64,000 nt of DNA from Octopus vulgaris (taxonomy: Eukaryota), in assembly GCA_951406725.2 (NCBI GenBank), contig OX597820.1:53878001-53942000 (forward strand), read 5' to 3'. Both the position numbers and the translations under genes were made by a program. Each line of letters opens with the position of its first letter. Within the stretch, counting starts at the first letter, position 1. The notes below the pieces were generated by a model that was not told the DNA's origin, made no database searches, and saw nothing but the letters and a program-made list of their open reading frames with translations. Below are positions 39,711 to 55,051 of the stretch, one piece after another.

Positions 39711-40350
39711 AGGCGAGCTGGCAGAAACGTTAGCAAGTCGGGCGAAATGCTCAGCGGTATTTCGTCTGCCGCTACGTTCTGTGTTCAAATTCCGCCGAGG
39801 TTAACTTTGCCTTTCATCCTTTTGGGGTCGATTAAATAAGTACCAGTTACGCACTGGGGTCGATATAATCGACTTCATCCGTTTGTCTGTCCTTGTTTGT
39901 CTCCTCTGTGTTTAGCCCCTTGTGGGTAGTAAAGAAATAGATATTTCGTCTGCCGCTACGTTCTGAGTTCAAATTCCGCCGAGGTCGACTTTGCCTTTCA
40001 TCCTTTCGGGGTCGATTAAATAAGTACCAGTTACGCACTGGGGTCGGTATAATCGACTTCATCCGTTTGTCTGTCCTTGTTTGTCTCCTCTGTGTTTAGC
40101 CCCTTGTGGGTAGTAAAGAAATATATATTTCGTCTGCCGCTACGTTCTGAGTTCAAATTCCGCTGGACAAAATTCTTAGCGGCGTTTATCCGTTTTTACG
40201 TTCTGAGTTCAAATATCACCGGGGTCGACTTTTTCTTTCATCCTTTGGGGATCGATTAAAAAGAAAATCAGTTGAGCACTGGGGCGTTTATATATTCGAC
40301 TTGCTCCTTCCCACGAAATTTCTGGCCTTGTGCCAAAATTTGAAACCAAT
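39711..40350 (+). mobile_element. SINE family B tandem array (184-bp period)
   Basis: TATTTCGTCTGCCGCTACG starts at 39758, 39942 and 40126; a diverged copy follows. Confidence 0.9.
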
Positions 40351-40914
40351 ATCTACATCATTCAATAAGTGTCTATCACGATGACTGTTAGCTTGTATTT
40401 CATCATATCTCTTCTCATTGAGTTTGAGGTGGGATTATATAATAACAAAGACGATCTTTTGCACGTTTAAAAAATGATTAGTTATTGATATGATGTTGAA
40501 TTAAGAGTAGCAAAATGAGAATCTCACACATTTTTTTGATAAATCTATTTGTCGATTGGTATAAAATTACCATATACAAGATGCACAGTATTAGTGATAG
40601 TACACATTCTCATGCGAAATCGTGCGTAAATTGCATGCATATATTCATGCTGTGAGTTCACTTTTCTTATATATATATATATATATATTTATTTATTTAT
40701 GTAGGTATGTATGTTTATGTATGTGTATAATACACAAACGCATATACAATCACAAACATCCAAAAATCGAGAATTCACGATACACAGAACAAGCGCACGT
40801 ATGCGAATAGACATACACATACATAAATATGCGCACAGATACATATATACACATATGCACAGGCATGCATACATATATAAATATATATATATACATATAT
40901 ATACATACATATAT

Positions 40915-40945
<31 letters not shown>

Positions 40946-41229
40946 CATACATACATACATACATACATACATACATACATACATACATACATACTTACAT
41001 ACATACATATATACACGTGTACTTGTATACATCCATGCTGCATACATATGTACACAGACACATGCGGGTATATATATATGTGTGTATATACATACATACA
41101 GACATACATGCATACATATATATATATATATATATATATGCACATTTCTAAATATTCACATATAAAATTTCAAAATGTTGTGTATATGGCCCTATACATC
41201 ACTCATTCACATACACACACACACACACG

Positions 41230-41261
<32 letters not shown>

Positions 41262-43839
41262 CACACACAAACACATACGTACATGCACGCATTAACACAC
41301 ACATTTGCATAAACATACGTTAGAAGAAGAAGGCCACACTTGGATTCTTCTAAATATGCATAAATTTAAAATATATATCATAATAGGAATAAAAAGGTAT
41401 GTCCATATACACCCCTAAACACATACATGCACACACTGCAACCGTGTACACGCCGCGTGTACATGCTAACAGATGTAGAGCTAAGCATACATAGGAAGAA
41501 ATCGCGTTGGAACGAAACATACTTACATTGATACATAGAGATAACTATACAGACGGTATGTACATGCATATGTTCTTTGGTATTCATTCATATGAGAACA
41601 TCTATTTCTCTTTGTGTATGCGTTCGCATGCGCGCGTATGTATTTTGTGTATTTGAGGTTGTCAGCGTTTGTGTGTGTGTGTGTATTTACGTTGTTGTAT
41701 GTATTTCTGTGCGTGTGTGTATTTCTGCGCGTGTATGTATATTTACGTGCGTGTGTCTTGATTCGAATACAAGAATCTTTAAATAATAGCGATACTTTTA
41801 AAATTGCTAATGTTGCTTGTAGTTGGATGTAAAGTGCCAATTCTGAAGAATTATTCTGCCAAAGAAGGTAAGTGATTCTATTGAGAGACTTATGCAAAGT
41901 AATTATTAACAGATGTGAAGTGAAGTGTCTCTCTTGTGAGACGAAAAAGACGTTTATTTTTTTCCTTCTTCTGAAATCCATTATCCAAGAATTACTCTTT
42001 TATTAAGGGTCTTGTTAATGGCGTCGGCACTAGAAAGCCAACATCCATTTCTGTTCAATAGAAGTAAAACGTTCTACTTTCACATTTCTTCCAATTTCTA
42101 AAGATCTGTTGTTCTGTAAGAACGGCGACGTAAGAAAAGCCGCTTTTGGATGCCAGTTTTACCAAGTTATGTCCTCTGTGTACGCTGTACATTTGGTCAG
42201 AGCTTCTCTGTCAGATATCCGGTGAGAGTGGCACTTCCTTTTCTCTGCAAATTTTAAACATACTGGATTGTTAATTCTCACACTTATTTATGGATTAAAA
42301 TTGCAAATCCTTGTGTTGAACATTCTTTTATTCTTTTATACTTTTACTAGTTTCAGTCAATGTCGGAGCCATTCTGACGCATCACGATCAATGCTGCTAC
42401 AGTCTTCAGTCTCCGGTAAGTAATTGTTGAATGAGGAAATTTGTTTCAGTTGTTTCCATACGTGTCTCGTGTTGTGATGTAAGTTTACGAGAACCTACTC
42501 AGTAGAATATTCAAATGTTGCTGAGATGTATAGACATTAACTACTTGTAGATCCCTGATATTCTTCAACAGGATCTTATCTCCTCTCTTACACTCTCTTT
42601 CTCACTTTCTCTGCTTTTTCCCCACTACTATAATGGCTGAGATCATACCTTTTCTTTCATGTCCCTCATTAACTTCACTGTGTCCTATCCACCCTCGTCC
42701 AATACCAATCACTATTTTTACTACATTCGGGCCTCTGGAATGTCCTCCCTGTTCATAGCCTTCCCGCAGGTATTGACTGACAAAGAGGAGTATAATAGCA
42801 TTGAGAGTATTATTCCACGCCACTTCAAAATCATTTATTAAAAGATGAAACAACTACAATCTTAATTTTGAATGGAGAGTGTGAGAGTCTAAACGCATTT
42901 TAAATAGACGAAAATAAAAAGATATTCGCAATAGATTTTAATATTTGATTTTAATTGGTATTTGAAATATATTTCCTATCGCCACCATTCAACTCAAGAA
43001 TGGTGACGATAGAATCAATACTAACATGGTACCTTGAGGACATTGGTGATTCAGAAGAGAAGAGACGAATTAATGGTTAGTTAGCTACACCACAACCACT
43101 ATATCTGTACTTTTTCATGTATATATATCCGTCTGTACATGTTTCAATGTGAGTTGGGGCTCTTCTACTTGTTCTTAATTAAACTTAAGTCAGCCCTTAC
43201 TAATTACACCTACAATCAAAGGCTGTTCATCAAGACATTCTCTCAGACATTGCATATCTAGGGTTACATTATCTTATGTAACCCTTAGTTTTCGAAACAG
43301 TAGGGTGTATTTTATAGAGATATCTGGTTTCCTATTTCTAGCAACTCAGAGAATCACATAGTATGCGACATTTTCGTGTGCTTGCGTATATAGAACCGGC
43401 AGTTTATATACATACATACATACATACATACATACATACATACATACATACATACATACATACATGCATGCATACATACATACGTACATATTGCACACAT
43501 ATACACGCACATACATATATATATATATATATATATATCAATTTGAATATCTTACCATGCATATACTGTAAGCTATGATACTGCGGTATACACCTTGGGA
43601 AAGCAAGTCATATACACGTATAGTGCAAAATAGCCCTTGCTACCGATGACGCGCAAATGCACAGAAATCCTGGAATCTCGCTATTCCACCGTCGCTGCTG
43701 GACACTTTGTATCTACCAATGATATATCTATGCTTTTCTAGTAATGTACGACGATACGGGATGCTTTCTTAAGACGAATACCGTTGTATTGGAGCTTTCT
43801 TACAGAATATCAACGTGAAGTATTATATGTTTTTTTGTA

Positions 43840-44003
43840 ATATTTCCTTCTCGAGCCATGCCAGGATTATGAGGGTCGGTTTCCTGGTGTGTGTCGCAGG
43901 ATACTCATTTTTGCCAGCTGAGTGGTCACCCGGTCCAGGGATCGAAACCACAATCTTACTATCTTGTGTCCAACACCCTAACCACTAAGCCATGCGCCTC
44001 CAC
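43840..44003 (-). mobile_element. tRNA-derived SINE related to family C, internally deleted
   Basis: Head TGGAGGCGCATGGCTTAGTGGTTAGGG and tail GGCATGGCTCGAGAAGGAAA resemble 49284-49603. Confidence 0.75.
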
Positions 44004-44244
44004 TATTCTTCACAGATTGTTATTCAGAACTAATACTGCTTCTGTTGCTAAATAACAAATATACATACATACATACAAACATACATACATTCATACATAC
44101 AAACATACATACATATATACATGCATGTATGTGTATATATATATACATATACATAAACATATATATATATATATATACACACATACATACATACATACAC
44201 ACACACATACATATGTATGTGTGTTAATTGCATATGCATAAATG

Positions 44245-44276
<32 letters not shown>

Positions 44277-44503
44277 CGTTTATATGTCTTAATGTACATA
44301 TATATAATATATATACACATATATATACTATATATATACATATAAACATATATATATATATATATATGTGTGTGTATATGAATATATGTATATATGTATA
44401 TATATATATATATATATATAGTGTATGAAAGGATGTATGCACCCACATATATATATGAGTGTAAATATATGACTACATGCAGTGTATATGTGCGTGTTTT
44501 GTT

Positions 44504-44576
<73 letters not shown>

Positions 44577-45063
44577 GTGTGTATGAGTGCGGCTATATGT
44601 ATACTGATACATGTACTCACACACACCTAGTATATCCAAATGTAATGTTCAGGAAATATTTATCTCAGCGGTAAACACAGAGCTGTCTGTATACGAGTTG
44701 TCTACTTAAGGTGTACTAAACTGGTTGCAACTGATTTCCATACGAAATTAATGTCAACGTTCCAAGTGTTATTTTTCTCAACATTTTGATCTTTATGTAC
44801 ATTTATCATTTGTCAGAAATCAGTAGGATGTATCTATAGACGAACACTGACATGACACACGCGCACACAGAAAATTACACGTATATACAAACACCCGTTT
44901 GCACACATACACGCAGTTTCATAAGCCCACATTCACACATTCCCATACATACATATATATTTCCCAATATTCGCTCCTTCTGTCAAAACACACACACGCA
45001 CTCACAGACAAACAGGCAGACAGACAGGCAGACATGCAGACAATCAGACAGACAGATAGATAA

Positions 45064-45149
<86 letters not shown>

Positions 45150-45162
45150 GGATTAATGGATG

Positions 45163-45229
<67 letters not shown>

Positions 45230-45533
45230 GACAAATATATATACACATATATATTATACATATATTAAACATATATGAATATATATGTATATATGTATGT
45301 CACTGTGTGTGTGCGTGTGTTTGTGTGTGTGTATTTGTGTCTGTGTGTGTGTATACATATATAGATATAGATATAGATGTGGATATATAAATTTAATAGA
45401 TATACACATATATTAGTATATACATATATGGATATATCTATGTTTGTAATCATACATATCTACCTTATGGATTTGAACATACGAACATACGCACATACAC
45501 CCACATTTATACGTATATAGTATATATATGCAT

Positions 45534-45572
<39 letters not shown>

Positions 45573-45648
45573 CATACTCATATATATAAGTGTGCGTGTG
45601 TACGTATATACATATATGTGCGTTTGTGTTTGTGTGTTTTTACATATA

Positions 45649-45737
<89 letters not shown>

Positions 45738-45778
45738 ATATGTATATATGCGGTCACACAAGCACAGAAACCTATGTC

Positions 45779-45852
<74 letters not shown>

Positions 45853-46325
45853 TGAGTGATGCATTATGATGCATACAGAAAAATAAAGGAGAGGCTTCAC
45901 ATATTATGTCGTATATTATTAACAATAATGATATTGTTATCCGAGATTTTCTTCCTTGAATATTTGTAGGTGATAATGAGGTGGGTGAGGGTGGCAGGGA
46001 GAGTGATGACGATAGATATGAAGACAATCCTAATAGTGATTCTGATGCTGATGGTTAATTTTGGCGTGCCATTTCCGTTTTGTAATCATAGGCGTTTAAT
46101 GATGATATAGCTTGCAGCAGTTTCCCGCCCAAACAACCGCCAAACCACGCGCTCCAAAAACAAATTCCGTGCATTTTAAATAAACATACGTTAATACAAT
46201 CACTAAATCGTTGTTATTTCGACATCAAACAGAAAACGAAGCGATTGTCTGGCTAGCAATAATTGCTAAATCATAAATGATTAAATGTCTTCACGAAATG
46301 CTTGAATAATAATAACAATAAAGAC

Positions 46326-46413
<88 letters not shown>

Positions 46414-46776
46414 TTGGATCAAAACATTAGAAGCGTTCAAAATGGGTTTCGTGTGTCGAAATGTCAAACTGATGAAATATTCCATAAGCACTTTATGGAA
46501 AAATGATGTACTATGACCTATAGAATGATTTGATGATGGCGCCAGTTCTCAAGTTGGCACCGGGACATGATTTCTAGTCATGAATTCTTGAAGGCCACAG
46601 AGTGCTGGGTTCGTATCACAAGCTGAGAAATAGGAACACACACACACACACATATATATACATATATACGTGTATGTGCATATATGTGTGTATGTGTGTG
46701 CATATATTTGTGTGTGCGTGCATATATATGTGTGTGCGTGCATATGTATATGAGTTTGTGCGTGTGTGTATGTATG

Positions 46777-46816
<40 letters not shown>

Positions 46817-47182
46817 AGTTACGTTATATTCTGTTAAGGACGCAGTAGAGTATAGTATAAAGCTTGCATACCTTCAAATTTCACCCAATGCCCAGTATTA
46901 GTATTATAACTACTGCCAGATTTGAGTTTGGGCCTCTGTAGTGTGTGAAAAGGTAAATGAATAAGTTGGAATCAACAGGAAGGATTAGTGTTGGACATTT
47001 AATTACAAACAGTACAATTAGTTCTCTGGCGTGCAGGTATTTGGTTATGCAACCGTTTCCGTGCATTATGTGATCTAGATGTGTTTCCTTAGGCGATATA
47101 TAGATATTGTCTCCGTAAACTCAACTTATTCAATATATATATATCTATATTTATATCTATCTATCTATGTATCTATATATAT

Positions 47183-47239
<57 letters not shown>

Positions 47240-47241
<2 letters not shown>

Positions 47242-47378
47242 GGAGTAAACACATGAATGTGAAACAAGGTGGAAAAAAAGAGTACTCAAATACTAGAGTA
47301 ATACGCTTTATTTAAAAGCACCAGAAATATAACAAATGCAGTTACTCAGAGTTTCACGTTCCCTTTCGTCAGACACAG
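47240..47378 (-). mobile_element. PLE terminal-repeat-like fragment with a hammerhead motif
   Basis: Minus strand reads GT-CTGACGA-AAGGGAACGT-GAAA-CTC-T-GAG-TA-AC (canonical core, GUA site). It ends in (TA)n. Confidence 0.65.
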
Positions 47379-47815
47379 CCATTGGAATGCGACTAAGTTT
47401 GGGCACCGCCTAGAAGGGTTTTAATCGTGCAAATTGACCACAGTGACTATTTTTTAAAAGTCTGGTACTCATTTCATCGTTATAGAGCCTCCAAGCTACG
47501 GGGTCACCGCTGCTTATCAAGCGGTTGAAAAGTGACGTAGACAGACACAAAGTCAGACGCACACGCATATATGTATGCATGATTATATATACACACACAC
47601 ATATGTGTATATAGGAATGTATACACACATACATACATACACACACACGCGCGCGCGCATGACAGGATTGCATTCAGTGTCCATCTACCAAATCCACTCA
47701 CGAGTCATTGGTCGGCGCGCGGCTATAGCAGAAGAGACTTGCCCAAGGTGACGTGCAGTAGGACTGAAAGCGAAACCTCATGGATGGAGAGCAAACTTCT
47801 TAACCACACAGCCAC
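47378..47815 (-). mobile_element. SINE family A, diverged
   Basis: Both halves are recognisable. Confidence 0.8.
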
Positions 47816-49283
47816 TGTTTCTACGTCAGTTTTTATCCACTTCACCTCAGCGAATTGCGAAAAATAATTTGCATTCTATTATTTGAGTTCTAATCTCGAG
47901 CTGAATCCATGAATATGGATAACGTTTGTCTTACACCTGCTGTGATTATCATGTAATCATTGAAGTATTTCATTTGTCATAATGTTTGGCATTTTCTATT
48001 TAAGTTAACTTCGGAAAAGCCCACCATCCATTCGTTTCCTCTCTTGGTATTAGTAAACTTTCCTAATTCGTAATCAAATGTGGATGTCACTAGATATCAC
48101 TAAATATATCAAGTATAATTATCCATGAAGTGAATACCATGTGTATTAGAACTCTAAACATGTGAGAAGTTTTACATGCAATGTTCTCAATACTGTTCTT
48201 TACGAAAGTAGTCATCGCTCCTACATATATATCCAAATCGATTTAACTGCTATTAGTTTGTTATGTAATACTCTTCTATCTTTAGGGAAGAATATGAAGT
48301 TGTTGATAAGAAGAAATAATTTTAGGAGCCCAAAAATAGACAACGACGCCGAAACTCGAAATAAAAGAGTCAATGTAGAGATATCTGACATTATTGAAGC
48401 AGCCACCGTGATTGAAATGAAAATTATATCGATAATGACGTTTTCCTCGCTGACAAATTTTAATGCATTGTCTCGTATCTCAATCATACGTTATCATATT
48501 TCATCTCAGAATACGGTAGCATGAAAGTTAGATATTCTTTTCTGTTGGGAATTTAAAGATAATGAAATGGCATTTTGTATCCAAGCCAAGAAAACAATAA
48601 CAAAATGCCAGTTCTTTACAAAAGTAGCTGTCAAATTTGCTAATTTTGTCATAGGTTTTTATTTTCATGCTAACAGCCAAGTAAAGTAACGAATTGGCAG
48701 AACCATTAGAGCATCAGACAAAATATTTTGTGGTATTTGTTCCGGTTCTTCTGGTCCTAAGTTCAAATCCGTAGAGACCAATTTTGTTTGATATCCTTCC
48801 AGGGTCGAGGAAACAAAATACAAAGTACAGAATAGGTCGGATAACTGGCGTAGTTATTAAGAGGTTAGACAAAATACTTTAAAGAAATTGTTCAGAGGTC
48901 AAATCTCTCAGAAGAGAAGTTTTATTAATACCCTCCGATAGTTAATAAAATAAAATACTAAGTTTTAATTCAGAAGGTGATAAATTAAAAACAAGTCTGC
49001 GGCGGGAAATTTGTGGTATTTTTTTTTCTACCACTTTATGTCATGAATGCCCATGCAGATGTGACAGACTTGTTTTTATCTTACCAACACGATGGTGGCT
49101 TGCAAAAACATCTTTCTACAGGGGAACAACGGAAACCACCTTTGTATTCCCCAATAAAAATTCCAAGAAAAGCTCATTGTAAAAAGATACAAAGGATCGT
49201 ACGTCGACTTGATGCAGAGTAAGGAATCAGCGAGATATCGGTTAAGTCGAATATTAAAATTGTGTACCTTAAAATTTTGCAAT

Positions 49284-49603
49284 GTGGAGGCACATGGCCT
49301 AGTGGTTAGAGCAGCGGACTCGCTGTCGAGGGAACGCAGGTTCGAATCTCAGATCGGGTGATGTGTGTGTTTATGAGCGAAATACCTAAGCTCAACGCGG
49401 CTCTGGCAGAAGGTAACGGCGAACTTAGGGAAGGTAACGGCTGACACTTTCGCCACAACTGTCTTTCACTCTTTCCTCTTGCATCTTGCAGCTCACCTGC
49501 GACGGACCGGCATCCCGTCCAGGTGGGGAGCCTATACGCCAAGGAAACCGGGAAACTGGCCCTTATGAGGCAGGCGTGGCTCGAGAAGAAACAAACAACA
49601 ACA
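49284..49603 (+). mobile_element. SINE family C (tRNA-derived)
   Basis: A box TGGCCTAGTGG, B box GGTTCGAATCT, CCTGCGACGGACCGGCATCCCGTCCAGG domain, and an (AAC)n tail. Confidence 0.85.
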
Positions 49604-49927
49604 ATATTATGCAATAAAACACGTATTTTACATCATAACTGGAACGCTTTGCACAATCGAGACCTCTAAATTTATGACAGATAATTTTGGCTTGGATGTT
49701 GACAAGAGGAACCACGATACCGGGTTCAAGCCCCATAGAATAATAAAAGGTAATAGTGACGACTATACTTTTATTTTTCTATAGTATATTTTAAAAGAAA
49801 ACCTTTGAAATAACATTGTATTTTATATATACATGGCCATTCACACACATATTATATATATGAAGTATATCATTTGAGTAAATCTTACTACCGTTTAGTT
49901 CAGTTCTTTCCATCTGCCTATCGGTTT

Positions 49928-50526
49928 GGCGCGCTGGCAGAAACGTTACGACGCCGGACGAAATGCTTAGCTGTATTTCGTCTGCCGCTACGTTCTGAGT
50001 TCAAATTCCGCCGAGGTCGACTTTGCCTTTCATCCTTTCGGGGTCGATTAAATAAGTACCAGTTACGCACTGGGGTCGATATACTCGACTTAATCCGTTT
50101 GTCTGTCATTGTTTGTCCTCTCTGTGTTTAGCCCCTTGTGGGTAGTAAAGAAATAGGTATTTCGTTTGCTTTACGTTCTGAGTTTAAATTCCGCCGAGGT
50201 CGACTTTGCCTTTCATCCTTTTAGGGGTCGATTAAATAAGTACCAGTTACGCACTGGGGTCGATATTATTGACTTAATCCATTTGTGTGTCCTTGTTTGT
50301 CTCCTCTATGTGTAGCCCCTTGTGGGCAATAAAGAAATAGGTATTTCGTCTGCCGCTACGTTCTGAGTTCAACTTCTGCCGAGGTTGACTTAGCCTTTTA
50401 TCCTTTCGGGGTCGATAAATTAAGTACCAGTTACGCACTGGGGTCGATGTAATCGACTTAATCCCTTTGTCTATCCTTGTTTGTCCCCTCTGTGTTTAGC
50501 CCCTTGTGAGTAGTAAAGAAATAGGT
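49928..50526 (+). mobile_element. SINE family B trimer
   Basis: One head and three ~184-bp units. Confidence 0.9.
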
Positions 50527-51652
50527 TTACCATGTGTCTCTATATATCTACCAGCATATTTATGCGACTAAACACTTGTTTCTATATCTATCTACCTAGC
50601 AAACTATGCGCCTGCCCAACTACCCACATATGTATCCATGTATCTACGAAGCCAACTATCGCTTATCCATCTATCTACATATTTATCTCTTTCTCTCCCC
50701 ACCTTCTCTCTCTCCCTCTTTCTCTTTCTCTCTCTCTCTTTCTTTCTCTCTGTTTCAAAATTTAACACCAGTTTTTCTGCATGTGTGCTCAAAGTTGGCA
50801 AAAGTAGTCATGTGTGTATGTGTAAATGTATGAATGTACATGCGTACGTAGTACAAAGTTATGTACGTATGTATGAAGGTGCACATGTTTGTGCGTACAT
50901 ATGTATTTATGAATGTATGTATATATGTATTGCGCGTGTGTGTGTGTGTGTTTGTTTCTTTCGGAGGGAATGGAATTCTTTTCCAGAGCCCAAGCCGATC
51001 ACAAAATAAAGCGCTTTAGTTTCAGTCAAGATAGTTCTTAAGGTTGTGATCCTCTGAACTGGTTCGTATTTACATATATGTGTGTGTGTGTGTGTCCCTA
51101 TATGTGTATGGAGGAACTTGTGCATATGTAGTGTGTATGCATATCACTTTAGTGCACAGGTATGTATGCTTCACTACTGTTTATGTGTGTATGCGTGTGT
51201 GTCTGTGTATCTTGCATATGTGCATGTGATTGTGTGCATGTAGGTTAGTATGCGTATACGCACACGCAACACACACACACACATCTTCGTACGTTATATG
51301 TGTATATGCATCATGTCTATTATTACAACAGCTATCACAATAGTAAGTATGCGTGGCGCATGCGTGCGTGTGTGCGAGGGTAAATGCATGTTTGTCAGAT
51401 TGTGTGTGCGCTTGCCTGTTTGTCTGTCTGGTCGTTCCACGATTATAATAGTTATATTTCGAAAAACTGCTTTGGTATATTATAACATTACATAACAATG
51501 GCGAATCTAACGTTGCTTGTTGATAGATCTACGCTGTTCTTTAGATCTAGGCCAAACAGAGCTCTGATAAATGAAATAGAAACCGTTTCCGTCTTCTTGG
51601 ATTTTTTCCAGCTATAATATTAACAACAACAACAACAACAATAATAATAATG

Positions 51653-51725
<73 letters not shown>

Positions 51726-51747
51726 TAATAATAATAATATATTTATT

Positions 51748-52217
51748 ATAACAATAATCCTAGGATGGAATTTATAAGCGTTTAATACATCGCTACGCGC
51801 GTTTCCACATATCACGTGACTTTTAGTATAACCGTCCGTATTACTGGAATAATTACAGTGTAATCCGTAGTATCCTTGGGCATCCGGTTGATTATCATCA
51901 TTGATTCATATCTTCAGGCGATATAACATTAGTGGATGAACTACGGAGATATGTTTTTTTTTTTTTTTTTTCCTTTTTACCAGTATGAAGATTACTCGAG
52001 TTATGAAGGTCAATCGAGTTGTGGTCCATCCACTAATGTTATATCACCTGCATATATGAATCAGTGATGATAATCAACCGGGTGCCCACAGATACTACGG
52101 ATCACACTATAATCATCCCAGTCATACGGGCTTTGACCTTAAAAGTCATGTGATTTGTGGAAACGCGCGTAGCGATGCATTCAATTTTTATAAATTCTAT
52201 CCAAAGATTATTGTTAT
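51748..52217. mobile_element. Foldback MITE with ~197-bp imperfect arms
   Basis: 51748-51944 is inverse-complementary to 52021-52217 (e.g. ATCGCTACGCGCGTTTCCACA / TGTGGAAACGCGCGTAGCGAT). Confidence 0.85.
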
Positions 52218-52827
52218 TATTGTTACATTTATCCTACATTATTTCGGTACAGCTCGATCTAATCCCCAGAAGACTAGTTCACCTGTCAGCATCATTTGAC
52301 TGTAGTCGGCATAATGGAATAGGAGTTTCATTTCCATATTCAAAGCGTTACCATAAACAAATCATACACACAAACACACATACACACACCCATATATATA
52401 TATATATATATATACCGTATGGCTGTAGGGTAAGCATCTCAATTTCCAAACACGTAATTTTGGGTTTCAGTTACACTGAGATGTACATTGGGCAAGCACA
52501 TTGTACTATAGGCCAGAGTCGACAATCGCCTTATTAATGAATTTGGTTTAACGGAAGGAGTCTGGTAGTATATCGCATGAGATGGTGTGTGGAAACCCAT
52601 CATGTAAGTGACCTGTATTTTAACGGTTCGAGGAAAGAGACCGATAGAATACTGCTAAACACTCGACTGACAGAAGTAAAGTTAAATGGTGATATAAAAC
52701 TATTTTCTCTGTAATCTTTTTTAAGACAGTAAATTATGATTGCAGGGAGAATTTGACTACTATTTCTGTGAAACCCAACACTGAAAGACAGATCTTTCAT
52801 CTTAGAATTGTTCTAATTATTAATTTT

Positions 52828-53450
52828 GGCTCCAACACGGTAAACTTGCAGAATCATTAGCACACGGGACACAAATGCTTAGCCGCATTTCGTCTCTTTT
52901 TTTCCAGTTCTGAGTTCAAATTCCACCGAGCTCAGTTTTGACTTTCATCCTTTTGGTGTCGATAAAATAAGTACCTGTTGAGCAGTGGGTTCGATGTAAT
53001 CAACCAGCTCCTTCCCCAAAAAGTTCAGGCCTTTTACCCACCTATATTAGACGGAAATAAAGCGACAAGCTATCAGAATCGTTACCGCACTGAAGAAAAT
53101 TCTTAACGGCATTTCCTCCTTCTTTCCTTACGTTTTGAAATCAAATTCTACCGAAGTGGATTCTGCTTTCATCGTTTTGCGGTCGATAAAATAAGTTTAT
53201 CTGGGGCCAGTGTAATCGATTTAACCTGTCGAAATTGCTGGCCTTGTGCCGAAATTTGAAACCACTGTTATCTTCAATCCCAAGGCGGCGAATCGGCTTA
53301 GCGGCATTTCATTTAGCTTTACATTTGCTGTCCAAATTCCGCCGAAGTTGACTTTACCCTTCATCCCTTCGTAGTCGATAAAATAAGTACTACTAATTGA
53401 TTACCTGCTCCCCCAAAATTGCAGACTTTGTACTTATAGTAGAAAGATTA
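52828..53450 (+). mobile_element. Cluster of three old SINE family B monomers
   Basis: Three diverged cores, each with its own head and the alternative tail. Confidence 0.8.
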
Positions 53451-54056
53451 ATAGTTTTAGCCCACAGTTGAAGAACTAGAAGGTAAAGACTTTGGCGAAC
53501 CGCACACGTCAGTGAGACTGAGACATTATTTCGAACACATGAACGAGTAGATTAGAGTAATGGCAACAGCACAAAACCTTTTGGGTATGAAGAAATAATG
53601 TTGCTTATATGAGTGATGTGGTTGTGAGCATGTGTATATTGATATACACACATACTCTCTCCCTCTCTTCCCCTTATCTTGCTCTCTCTTTCTATCTCTC
53701 TCTCTCTAGCAAAACACCTGGCGTTGTCCAAGCTGAAAAGTTGCAATAAATTCTGTTTAATGAAGGCATGAATCGATTTAATAGGACACTATTAGATTTC
53801 TCTTGAAAAGTTATGTCATGTAAGAAATAAAATTGTTATCCAATGCGTTTATACCTGTCGGATGTTTGATGCTCTATGCTACAGTTACATACTCGATTTC
53901 GTATTGTGATTGTGTAACTGACATATTCCTAAGAGGAACAAATAAAGTGTACACGATTATTTACGCGTGAAAATATTTACATAATCGTTTATTCTCGGTG
54001 TTCTTTAAGTCTTCAATGATTAGAAAAATGAGTACAAACAGATATGTCGAGTGCTC

Positions 54057-54289
54057 TTTTACTCTTTTAGTTGTTTCAGCCATTTGACTGTGGCCATGCT
54101 GGAGCACCGCATTTAGTCGAGCAAATCGACCCCAGGACTTATTCTTTGTAAGCCTAGTACTTGTTCTACCGGTCTCATTTGCCGAACCGCTAAGTTACGG
54201 GGAAACACCAGCATCGGTTGTTAAGCGATGCTGAGGAGACAAACACAGACACACAAATATATACACCCACATACATATATATCCATATA

Positions 54290-54351
<62 letters not shown>

Positions 54352-54377
54352 CATATATTTATATATATATATATTTA

Positions 54378-54450
<73 letters not shown>

Positions 54451-54556
54451 GGGTAAAATTAATTATTTAATTAATAAATAATAATTCCACGAAGTAGTGA
54501 TCGGGTATGTAAAAGACCATTATCGGTAAACTTAAACAATATTTATTATATATATT

Positions 54557-54598
<42 letters not shown>

Positions 54599-54668
54599 AA
54601 TCAATAATAAATCTCTCTCTCTCTCTGAAACGAAAACATATATATATATATTCTCATTGTTTAATTTG

Positions 54669-54727
<59 letters not shown>

Positions 54728-54892
54728 CGACGGGCTTCTTTCAGTTTCCGTCTACCAAATCCACTCACAAGGCTTTGGTCGGCCCGAGGCTATTGTGGAA
54801 AACACTTGCCCAAGGTGCCACGCAGTGGGACTGAAGCCGGAATCATATGGTTGGTAAACAAGCTACTTACCACACAGTAACTCCTACGCCTA
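54057..54892 (-). mobile_element. SINE family A with an expanded central microsatellite block
   Basis: 3' half at 54057-54255 and 5' half at 54727-54892. Confidence 0.85.
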
Positions 54893-55051
54893 TGTGCATA
54901 GAAAATGATTTTATTTTCAATCAGAGTCTTCTTGCACCTTATTTTCAAATAGCCTGAGCAATCTTTTGGGGTATTTGTTGACTTCCCTGCAAAATGAGCT
55001 TTTGCTAAGGATGCATAAAGGGTCATGAATCACCTGGGTTTTAAGAATAAT

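Noticed and set aside
42380-42900. Possible RTE-like LINE 3' remnant on the minus strand
   Set aside because: Too degraded; no diagnostic motif could be read.
48162-48524. 120-aa ORF in unique sequence
   Set aside because: Non-ATG start, no recognisable motif, and an overlapping antisense ORF; likely chance.
49284-49356. tRNA gene
   Set aside because: A and B boxes are present but there is no acceptor stem, and it continues into a SINE body; the same applies to 19389-19462.
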